Shown piece by piece: positions 30,676-39,317 of a stretch of 64,000 bases of DNA. The notes below the pieces were generated by a model. The model worked only from the letters and a program-made list of their open reading frames with translations. It searched no databases and had not been told where the DNA came from. The stretch comes from Candidatus Marinacidobacterales bacterium (GTDB lineage Bacteria > Acidobacteriota > Vicinamibacteria > Marinacidobacterales > SMYC01), in contig OZ250169.1 in NCBI GenBank assembly GCA_965237955.1, forward strand, positions 7,104,001-7,168,000. The letters are read 5' to 3'. A program made the translations under genes and the position numbers. Position 1 is the stretch's first letter; every line of letters starts with the position of its first letter.

Positions 30676-30908
30676 AGCTCCTCGGTTGTTAGTGAAAAAA
30701 AATCCGACCCGTCCAGGGTACGCAGCGTGGCAGGGTGGCACATGTGTGCCGGTTTGACGGCGGGGCGGTCTCGATGGCGTCGGAGAGGGATGGAGCTGTC
30801 AAGAAACGGATTTGGCGCCAGATCCACGTGGGGAACGCGGAAAACGCTCCGAGAGGCAGACCGGTATCGTCGAGCGAGCCCATCGAGTCTTGCGTCGCCG
30901 GCGGGAAT

Positions 30909-31940
30909 CTAGGTAGCGGCCGGCGTTGGGGCCGCGCGGCTTTCGAGCGACCACTCCCGTACGTCCAGCTCACCGAGCCAAATGCTCGGACCTTTGCGAC
31001 GGCGGTCCAAAACGGCCCGCATTAATTTCGGTGGAGTCCACTCGAGCGCATGCGGTGCGCGTCCCTTCACGCCGATGTGTTTCTTGTGGATCAGATCATG
31101 GTGAAAATTGCAGACGACGGTGAGGTTCCAAGGCGCAGACGCCATGGCTACGGTACTGAACGTGATGAACGTGTAATTGCGCACGGGCGCCACAAAAGGG
31201 ATAGGTACATTTCCACCCATCCCTTTCCAGGACGAGCTGGCGCATTTGTTTGTAGTCTGGGTTTTTCGCGAGCTCCGCCTCGGCTGCACGCTCGCTTTCG
31301 AACAGGCTCGGTTGCACGATTTGGCCAATTGGGCCAGTATCGATTGCTTCGACCCAGGGAAAACGGGACCCGCTTCGGTTTCGTTGTCGCGCGGCGAGTT
31401 GGTTGCGGGCGCGTCGGCTTCGTCGGCAGGCATCGCGGCTTCGCTCTCAGGCTCGTCGGGCTCCTCGGAGGTTTCTGTGTCGGTAGGAACATGGCCCCAT
31501 TCCGCAATAACCTCCGCGACGCCTGTCCTCGGTCAACGGGAGGTGAAGCACCGACGCGAGCGTGTCGGTGCCGTCCCTTGATGTTGACGCGGTGCTCGAG
31601 TTGCCGCACCGTCAGGGACAACGCGGATTCGAGCCACATCACCTCGTTCTCAGGAGCGGCGACGGAGGCCAGTCGACTCGCCTTACACCAGCCGAGCTTC
31701 CCGCTCGCCAGCGCGGCTCGGATTTTCGGAAGATGTTCGATCTTGCGCCCGAGTGAGACCAGATAGCCGGTCTTACGCGCCCCGAATCCGAAGCGTGCCT
31801 GCGCGTAGTCGGTGATGCTCGTGTAGCCAAAGTCTCGGTAGGCCCGCCTCTTGCCCACCGCGGACAGATAGCAGCACACGAGCGTCTCGGCCTTCTCGCT
31901 CTCGACAGCGGCTGTCTCGAGCTGTTGGTCGAGCTCCAGG
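30909..31940 (-). pseudogene. Second-type DUF222-like HNH endonuclease, fragmented
   Basis: AYRDFGYTSITDYAQARFG..LPKIRAALASGKLGWCKA..LTVRQLE; VLERDGWKCTYPFCG..LHVHHVQYRSHG; NLTVVCNFHH. Spread over three frames with deletions. Confidence 0.8.
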
Positions 31941-32050
31941 TTCGAGTGAGCGTCTCACGAGCGAAGTCCCAGATCCAGATGTCGTCTTCTTGATCACGAA
32001 CATCGAGGGCCACTCGGCTCCCGTCAGGAGAAATACGTGTGTCCGAGTAG
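31940..32050 (-). pseudogene. Isolated TolB/PD40 repeat fragment of a kinase-propeller gene
   Basis: YSDTRISPDGSRVALDVRDQEDDIWIWDFARETLTR resembles the repeat near 56900-57000. Confidence 0.75.
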
Positions 32051-32494
32051 CTACTCACACGAGGCCAGCGCGCTCTCCCCTATCGCCAGGAACACGACGC
32101 GATCGCTAATCACGAAGTTCAAGATCGCGCACGACGCGATCGAAGCGAGATTACCAACGAGATAGTGCAGTCCGAAATGTCCAACGAAAACGCTCATGAA
32201 CACGACATTGCCGAGGATCGAAACCGAGCCTGACGTGAGGTTGAACCGCAGAAGTCTTTGAAACCGTCCCGGGGTTCCGAGCAGTCCCCTATCACCCCAC
32301 GTCCACCGCTCGTGCCACAAAAAGTTGTGGATGATGGCCGACTCTACGGCGAGCGCGGTCGCCACGAGGTAGTGCATCTCGAGGCGACCGGCGAGCAGGG
32401 TGAGCATGCAAAGCTGCACGCCCACCCCGAGCCAGCCGACGGCACTGAACTTGAGCCAGCGATAGAAAAGGGGGCGCCATCGGCTTTCTTTCAT
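32051..32494 (-). CDS. GtrA family protein
   Basis: KFSAVG..HYLVATALAVESAIIHNFLWHERWTW..NFVISDRVVF. Confidence 0.9.
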   Translation of the reverse strand: MKESRWRPLFYRWLKFSAVGWLGVGVQLCMLTLLAGRLEMHYLVATALAVESAIIHNFLWHERWTWGDRGLLGTPGRFQRLLRFNLTSGSVSILGNVVFMSVFVGHFGLHYLVGNLASIASCAILNFVISDRVVFLAIGESALASCE

Positions 32495-33192
32495 CGAAGC
32501 GGCTCACGGAGATAGAGAGTGTGGGTATTGCGGGCTACGGTGACGAGGAGGGCTACCAGTAGTCCGACGATGGCGCAAACGCCGCCGAAGTCGAACAACA
32601 GATATTGCGTCCCCATGACAGTCACATAGGGATTGTGCAGAAGGTAGAGGGTACCCATCGCGAAGAGTATGCGGAGCTCCGTGGGGCCGAGCTTCATGAA
32701 ATGGATGCGAAACGTCCCCACGGCATAGGCCGCGAGGTAGATCTCGGAGGCGACCATGAGGTAGACGACCATGAGCGCGGCCGCAATCGGAAGGCCCATG
32801 AAGCTGGAGAGGCCGAGTCCCCCGATGAGAAAGAACGCGCCAAACACATCGGCGATGTGGTCGACGTAGTACCCGTACTTGGGCCGTTGCGCATTCCGGA
32901 CGCGGGCAAGCGTTCCATCGAGGCTGTCACCGAACCAATTGAGGAACAGAAAAATCACGACGCCGAACAGCGCGCGGGGTTGGTCGCCGGCCGCCCAAAA
33001 CGAGGCGCCTGCGCCCAGCATTCCGAGAAGACCGAGCGCGGTGAGGTGGTCGGAGTTGACCCACTTCGGCATCCGCTGCGCCATCCAAACGAGACAGCAT
33101 TTTTCGAGCCCGGAGAGAATGCTCCCGAGGTCCCGAGACATACTGTCCGGGCTGTCCGGGGTTTGGACGAAAGTCGTCGTAGTCGTGGCCAT
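32491..33192 (-). CDS. CDP-alcohol phosphatidyltransferase family
   Basis: DSLDGTLARVRNAQRPKYGYYVDHIAD signature; GGAGG RBS. Confidence 0.92.
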   Translation of the reverse strand: MATTTTTFVQTPDSPDSMSRDLGSILSGLEKCCLVWMAQRMPKWVNSDHLTALGLLGMLGAGASFWAAGDQPRALFGVVIFLFLNWFGDSLDGTLARVRNAQRPKYGYYVDHIADVFGAFFLIGGLGLSSFMGLPIAAALMVVYLMVASEIYLAAYAVGTFRIHFMKLGPTELRILFAMGTLYLLHNPYVTVMGTQYLLFDFGGVCAIVGLLVALLVTVARNTHTLYLREPLR

Positions 33193-33384
33193 GTGAGCCT
33201 CCTTTTTCGTTTCTTGCCGACAACGTTTGCAAACGATGTTCCATTCGAATTCACTCACTAAACTGTTCACAATCAAGCACTTAGAGTAGAGGAGGCACTT
33301 CACGCGGCTAACCATTCGGATAGAAGCGAAAGTGAGTGGATAGCCCGCCACTCGCGAAGGCGAGTGGGTAAAATGCTCCCGACG

Positions 33385-36219
33385 ATGCCCAAACCGGATC
33401 TCGTGCTCTGCCATGGCTGGCGTGGCGTGGGCGCATACGCCACAAAAACCCTCGGGAAATGGACCGCGCGCGACGCGCTCGGCGCGAGCCGCGCCGTGAT
33501 GCTGGTCCCCACCGCGGCCGCCGGTCATCTCCTCCGAGCCCAGCTCGAGCAGAACCTGCTGGCGCGCAAGGACGTCGCGTTCCTGCCCGTCATCGCGACG
33601 CCGTCGACCCTTGTCGACGATCTCGCGGAACAGACCGAGGGCAAGGTCCGCCTTGTCGATCCCCTGCTGCGAGAGGCACTCCTCCAGCATGCGTTCGAGC
33701 GCGCCGCCGAAGCCGACACGAAACCGCCCTTCGAGCTGCGCGGGGGCCTCGCCCGCCGCGTGCTCCAGCTCTACGACACGCTCTTGATGAACCGCTCCGA
33801 TCTCGACACGTTCATCGCTCGCGCACTCGAAGAGCTCGATGCGCCCGACGACGAAGGCGCAGAAAAACTAGCGCGCCAAACCCGGTTTCTGCACGCCTCG
33901 CTCGAAAGCTATCGGAGCTCGCTCGACGAGCTGAACCTGGTCGATCCGCCTTCGGCACGACACGTGCTTCGCAACCACGCGTTCCCTTTCGAGCACGCTT
34001 TGGTTTTGGGGAGTGAGACGCTCACACCTCTCGATCTCGACTTTTTGTCGGGTGCCGCAGACCTTCGATCAATAACGATCGCGGTCGCCGAGAAAAGCGC
34101 CGACTTGCCCTCGAAACTGGCGCGCGCGGTGCCGAACGTTCATGTAGACGACTCGCCCGAGCCCGCTCCGCCGGAGCTCCTCCTCCGTGAGCCTCTCGTC
34201 GCACGCGATCGAGAAGAATCGCTCGTCGATGCCGTGCGCATTCTCAAACAACTCGACGTCCCTCCCCACCGCGTTGCGATCGTCGTGCCCGCGCCATTGC
34301 CGTATCTGTATCTCGCAAAGAAAGTTCTCGATGACGCGAGCGTCGCTTACGAGCTCCAGGACAGCTTTCCTTTAGCGACAGAGCCGTACGTGGCGTCCGT
34401 CGATCTCGCGCTCGAGCTCGTCGCAACCGACGCGCATCGAAGCTCGGCGCTGGCACTTTTGCGAAGTCCGTTCTTCGAGTTCGACGGTGTCGGTCCCGCG
34501 GAAGTCGCGGCTTTCGACGAGCTCACGCTCCGCTATCGCGAGCCCGGAAGTGTGCGCCGGTGGGCATCACTCTACGAGCGCAAGCGCCGGCCGCCGGCGC
34601 AGGCAGCGCTTCCCGGAATGGAGTCGCGGGAGGAGTCCACCCGCGTCTTGCCGCCCCTCGCCGCGCTCGTCAAAGCAAGCGAGGCGCTCGCTCCCCTCGA
34701 CACCGAAAGCCCCATCACCGACAAGATCGCGTGCCTGCGTGCGTTCGTGGACAAGTACGCGCACGACGTTCCCGGCGCGCGTCACAACCGTGCGCGTGCC
34801 GCCATCGCGTCGATCCTCGGGCGACTCGAAGCTTCGGCACCATACATCGGAAAAGGCGGGAACCAGGACATAGACTTCCAAACGTTCCGCGAGCAGCTTC
34901 GACGCGCGATCGAAGCGCATACGTTCGATACGCGCTCGGGCACCGGTGGTGTCACCGTCGTCGACGCCCGCTCCGCTGGCTTCGGCTCGTTCGATCTCGT
35001 CATCCTGCTCGGCATCAACGATGGTGAATGGCCATCACGGGGAGAACGCAACATTTTCTATCCGCAGTGGCTCCTGCGTGAGTTCGGCTGGCCCTCCGAT
35101 CGAGAGCTTCTCGCGCTCGAGCGGAGCCGCTTCTCGAGCCTGCTCGACCTCGCCGCCGAGCACGTCGTCTTGCTGCGTCACCAACTCGAGGACGAGATCC
35201 CGACGGTAGCATCGCCGCTTCTCGAAGAGGTCGAGAGCTGGCTCGGGGACGAAATGGAGAGGCCGGAGAGAACAGAAACGGACGCACTCGAGGCGGATGC
35301 GCTGCGTGCGCTCGTCGTGACTCGAAGCGAAGCGCTCCGTCGTGGCCTGCTTGAGCCCGCCTTGATACCGCCACCGCCACCGCGCGATCGGCGACCCGGC
35401 CTCATCGGGGCGTTCGCCGTTCCCGACCCGGTCTCGCCGACGTCTCTCGAGCTCTACCTTCGCTGTCCGTTCAAATATTTTTCCCGGTACCTGCTCGGGC
35501 TCGAGGAAGAAGAGGACGTCGACGAGATGCTCACCCCACTCGAACGCGGGCGCATTCTGCACGATCTTCTCCAGGAAGGCTTCGAAGCGTGGGATGCGGG
35601 AAGCGATACCCCGCGTCCGATCACTCCAGAAACCTACGAAGAGGCGCTCGCGACGTTTCGTGACATCGCCGTGAAAAAAATTCCTCCCGAGCATCGCCGC
35701 GTCGAGTTAAACCGCCTCTTTGGAGGAGCAGGCGAGGCAGGGGCGATCGAGTGGCTCTTGCGATGGGAGCTCGACCGCGGTCCCCTCGAACGCCGCCTCG
35801 TCGAGTACGCGTTCCAGAGCCCTCTCCGGCTCGAGACCGGTCCACGTGGCGAGAAACCTTGGTTCGTTCAGATCAAAGGGCGCGTCGATCGTGCCGACAT
35901 CGACACCGGCGGCGGGCTGCACGTCTTCGACTACAAGAGCGGGCGCGCCCCAGATGCAGCGGTCACGCTCCAGGTGCCTCTCTACGCCATGTGTCTTTCA
36001 CAAGAGCTCGGCGCTCCCGTCCAAGAGGCCGCGTACTTGAGCTTTCGCGATCGACGTCCGATTCCGCGTGCTGACTTTCAGAAAGCGAGCGCCCTCCTGG
36101 TCGATACTTACGGAGCCATCCAAAGAGGCGAGTTTCCGCCGAAACCGCACAAGGACCTCCTCTGCTACAGCTGCGGCTTCGTCGGAGTGTGCCGCAAAGA
36201 GATCCAGGAGGACGCGTGA
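33385..36219 (+). CDS. addB: AddB-like subunit (inactive helicase fold + PD-(D/E)XK nuclease with Fe-S cysteines)
   Basis: SPTSLELYLRCPFKYF, RGRILH, KGRVDRAD, VFDYKSG, QVPLYA, CYSCGFVGVC. Confidence 0.85.
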   Translation: MPKPDLVLCHGWRGVGAYATKTLGKWTARDALGASRAVMLVPTAAAGHLLRAQLEQNLLARKDVAFLPVIATPSTLVDDLAEQTEGKVRLVDPLLREALLQHAFERAAEADTKPPFELRGGLARRVLQLYDTLLMNRSDLDTFIARALEELDAPDDEGAEKLARQTRFLHASLESYRSSLDELNLVDPPSARHVLRNHAFPFEHALVLGSETLTPLDLDFLSGAADLRSITIAVAEKSADLPSKLARAVPNVHVDDSPEPAPPELLLREPLVARDREESLVDAVRILKQLDVPPHRVAIVVPAPLPYLYLAKKVLDDASVAYELQDSFPLATEPYVASVDLALELVATDAHRSSALALLRSPFFEFDGVGPAEVAAFDELTLRYREPGSVRRWASLYERKRRPPAQAALPGMESREESTRVLPPLAALVKASEALAPLDTESPITDKIACLRAFVDKYAHDVPGARHNRARAAIASILGRLEASAPYIGKGGNQDIDFQTFREQLRRAIEAHTFDTRSGTGGVTVVDARSAGFGSFDLVILLGINDGEWPSRGERNIFYPQWLLREFGWPSDRELLALERSRFSSLLDLAAEHVVLLRHQLEDEIPTVASPLLEEVESWLGDEMERPERTETDALEADALRALVVTRSEALRRGLLEPALIPPPPPRDRRPGLIGAFAVPDPVSPTSLELYLRCPFKYFSRYLLGLEEEEDVDEMLTPLERGRILHDLLQEGFEAWDAGSDTPRPITPETYEEALATFRDIAVKKIPPEHRRVELNRLFGGAGEAGAIEWLLRWELDRGPLERRLVEYAFQSPLRLETGPRGEKPWFVQIKGRVDRADIDTGGGLHVFDYKSGRAPDAAVTLQVPLYAMCLSQELGAPVQEAAYLSFRDRRPIPRADFQKASALLVDTYGAIQRGEFPPKPHKDLLCYSCGFVGVCRKEIQEDA

Positions 36220-39200
36220 GCGACGACGTCACCTTCGTCGACCGTCGCGCGCGCGAGCTCGCGTCGGACCCGACGCTCAACATCGCGCTCGAGGCGTCCG
36301 CGGGCACCGGCAAAACGCGCGTTCTCGTGGAACGCTACGTACATCTCGTCGAAGAAGGTGCGAGCCCGCGCCATATCCTCGCAATCACGTTTACACGCAA
36401 GGCCGCGGGTGAGATGCGAAGCCGCGTCATCGACGAGCTCCGAGCCAGGCCCGAGCTGTGGGAGAACGTGCGCTCGCGCCTGTTCGAGATCCACATCACC
36501 ACCATCGATGCGTTCTGCCTCGGCCTCCTCCGAGAGTTTCCTCTCGAGGCCGGGCTCGACCCGGACGTCGCACTCATCGACGAGGTGGACAGCGACCGCC
36601 TGCTTTCCGAGTCCATCGAAGAAGTGCTCGGCGAAGCGCGGCGAGGATCCGACGTCGATGTGCGGTTTTTGATCGCACGGTTCAGTGAAGGCCCCCTCCG
36701 ACGGGGGATGCGAGACTTTCTCACGAGCCGTTTGCTCAAAGCCGAGCTTTTGGAGCGCTACGTCAAGCGCGTCGTGCCTGGCGGCGGCGGTGGCGGTGGC
36801 ATCAATCTCGCTCGCAGTCTGCGGCGTCTCTCCGAGACGCTCGCGGCTGCGTTTCGTGGCCCCGAGGGTGTCGAGCAGTTCCTCGCGACCGGCCCTCCCG
36901 ACGTCGCTCGCGGTTTGGCGTTCGCCCTCCGGCGCGCGATCGATCCGGAAACGATCGCGCCCGCGGACGTCGAAGAGATTGCGGGCTACTTCCTGACGCA
37001 ATCGAAAGAGCCTCGTCGCCGGCTGCCCGCTCGGTGGCGCAAAGAAAGCTTCGACACCGTCGACGCCTACGAGAAGCATCGCGACCGCGTTCTCGGCCTA
37101 GCGCCACTCGTGGCCCGCGCGTACAAGCAATGGCTGCGCGAGAAAGACTTCTACGCGATCCGCGAGCTCTTCCGGCTGTACGAGAAAGCCGCGGAGCGAT
37201 TTGCCAGGCTCAAGCGTGCGCGGGCCGGCCTCGACTTCAGCGACGTTCTGATCCGCACCGTCGATCTTCTCGAAAACCGCGGCGAGTTCGCCCAAAGCCG
37301 TTTTCGTCTCGAGTCCCGCTACCACCACCTCCTCATCGACGAATTTCAAGATACGAACGAAGTGCAGTGGCGGCTCGTGCAGGCACTGATCGAGTCATGG
37401 GGCGAGGGGCAGGGTCTCGTCCAAGAGGTGATCCTCGCGGAGCAAGCGGAGGGTGGCGGCAGCGGCCGCTTACGTGAGCCGAGCTTGTTCATCGTCGGCG
37501 ATCGCAAGCAATCGATCTACGGATGGCGCGACGCGCGCGTCGAGGTCATGGAAAAAGCCGCGCGTCGTCTGCTCAAAATCCGTGGCGGTGGCGGCCAGCG
37601 GCTCACGCTGCGGACGAGCTTTCGCGCGAGCGGCCCTCTGTTGTCCTTTTTGAACGACGTGTTCGACGAGCTTCCCAAGGTCAGGAGTGATTTGGACTGG
37701 TCGTTTCAATATCGCGAAGGTGACCACTTCCCCATCGCCGATAAAGATGATGCGCTTCGACCAATAGGCGTCGCCGTCGGGAGTGACCTCTCCGAGGTCG
37801 GCGCCGCCGTCGCCGACGAAGTCGTTCGCGTGCTGACGGAAGAAGGTCGCCGGCCGAAGGACATCGCGATCCTGTTCCGAAGCCGATCGTCTTACCGAAT
37901 CTATGAGCAAGCACTCGTCGAGCGAGGCGTGCCGGCATACGTGTACCGCGGACTCGGTTTTTTCGACTCCGCCGAGATGCGGGACATCGAAGCTCTCGTG
38001 CGCTACTTGGCCGAGCCTGCTTCCGAGCTTCGTGCAGCAGAGCTCGCGCGCTCGCGGTTCGTCGGAATTTCGGATGCGGGGCTCGTTCGCATGGCAACGG
38101 GCCGCAAGCGTTTCATCGCGCAGTGGCTCTCCGGTCGAGACGCTCGCGCCGGTCTCCCGCTCGAGCCGGGTGACGCCGACGCGGTCCATCGAGCGCACGA
38201 GCGCGTTCCCGAGTGGTTCGAATGGGTCGACAGAATCCCGCCAGCCGATCTGCTCGAGCGCATCCTGAACGACACCGACTACGCGGCGTCATTCATCGAC
38301 GACGAGCAAAGCTGGGAGAATCTGAAGAAGGTTCTCGAGATCGTACGGCGCGCGCAAAACCGCGGATACCTCACCCTCTCGCGCCTCGCCGATTACCTCG
38401 CGAGCGCTAGAACCGATGAGGAATCACCGGCAGTGCTCGAAGCGGTCGACGCCGTCAACCTGATGACGGTCCACGCCGCCAAAGGCCTCGAGTTCGACAC
38501 CGTGTTCCTGGTCAACATGCACCAGCGCACGCGGCAAGATACGTCGCTTCCGAGAATCCAGGAGCTCCCCGACGGCCGCGTCGAAGTGAGAGCGATCGCC
38601 GCAGTGGAGACCGACAACCATCTTCGACATCTTCCCAGTCGCGTCGAGGAAGAGGAAAAGCGTCTGCTATACGTCGCGCTCACCCGCGCACGACGAAACC
38701 TCGTCCTGTCCACGGTTCTGAGCGATGACGATCCAACCGAGCAAAGTTTCTTCCGCCTACTCCCGGAAAGCCTGTGTGCGACGTTCGCAGCCGCCGGTGA
38801 TGTTGACGCGGGCGAGCGCGAGCTCGTGTGGAACGGCCACGCAATTCGGGTGGTCAAGCCCACCAGCCCCGTCGAGGGACGCACCTACCGCGAGGAGCCG
38901 CGCGCGCGCGAAAGGCGCCTTCACCTCGAGCCACGCGAAAGCACGCGCGTCGTCTCCGCGCTCACAGAACGGACCACGCGCCACCGCATCGTGCCAGACG
39001 TGAGCGGCGTCGCCGTCTACAACATCCCCTTTTCGATGGCGGAAGGCCAACGCGTCCGTCGTGGGGTCATCGGCTGCCTGGTCGTGACCCCCAGCCTCGT
39101 GACTGTGATCGATGACACCCAAAGCTCGGACGCGGTCATGGAGCTCTGGCTACGTGCCGCCGCTGCGGCGTTCCCGACAAGAGCCGTTGAGGGACGGGTG

Positions 39201-39272
39201 CGGAGCGAAAACGGAGAGTCCCGGACGGTGCGCCTCGGCGACGAGACCCAGGAGCAACTACCGCTGTTCTGA
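36216..39272 (+). CDS. addA: AddA-like UvrD helicase with degenerate C-terminal nuclease domain
   Basis: ASAGTGKT, AITFTRKAAGEM, LIDEFQDT, VGDRKQSIYGWR, MTVHAAKGLEF, EEKRLLYVALTRAR. GTGA overlap with addB. Confidence 0.88.
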   Translation: MSDDVTFVDRRARELASDPTLNIALEASAGTGKTRVLVERYVHLVEEGASPRHILAITFTRKAAGEMRSRVIDELRARPELWENVRSRLFEIHITTIDAFCLGLLREFPLEAGLDPDVALIDEVDSDRLLSESIEEVLGEARRGSDVDVRFLIARFSEGPLRRGMRDFLTSRLLKAELLERYVKRVVPGGGGGGGINLARSLRRLSETLAAAFRGPEGVEQFLATGPPDVARGLAFALRRAIDPETIAPADVEEIAGYFLTQSKEPRRRLPARWRKESFDTVDAYEKHRDRVLGLAPLVARAYKQWLREKDFYAIRELFRLYEKAAERFARLKRARAGLDFSDVLIRTVDLLENRGEFAQSRFRLESRYHHLLIDEFQDTNEVQWRLVQALIESWGEGQGLVQEVILAEQAEGGGSGRLREPSLFIVGDRKQSIYGWRDARVEVMEKAARRLLKIRGGGGQRLTLRTSFRASGPLLSFLNDVFDELPKVRSDLDWSFQYREGDHFPIADKDDALRPIGVAVGSDLSEVGAAVADEVVRVLTEEGRRPKDIAILFRSRSSYRIYEQALVERGVPAYVYRGLGFFDSAEMRDIEALVRYLAEPASELRAAELARSRFVGISDAGLVRMATGRKRFIAQWLSGRDARAGLPLEPGDADAVHRAHERVPEWFEWVDRIPPADLLERILNDTDYAASFIDDEQSWENLKKVLEIVRRAQNRGYLTLSRLADYLASARTDEESPAVLEAVDAVNLMTVHAAKGLEFDTVFLVNMHQRTRQDTSLPRIQELPDGRVEVRAIAAVETDNHLRHLPSRVEEEEKRLLYVALTRARRNLVLSTVLSDDDPTEQSFFRLLPESLCATFAAAGDVDAGERELVWNGHAIRVVKPTSPVEGRTYREEPRARERRLHLEPRESTRVVSALTERTTRHRIVPDVSGVAVYNIPFSMAEGQRVRRGVIGCLVVTPSLVTVIDDTQSSDAVMELWLRAAAAAFPTRAVEGRVRSENGESRTVRLGDETQEQLPLF

Positions 39273-39317
39273 TACCATTATTAATAGAGTTCCAACCAAC
39301 CCATCCAAACTCCAATT

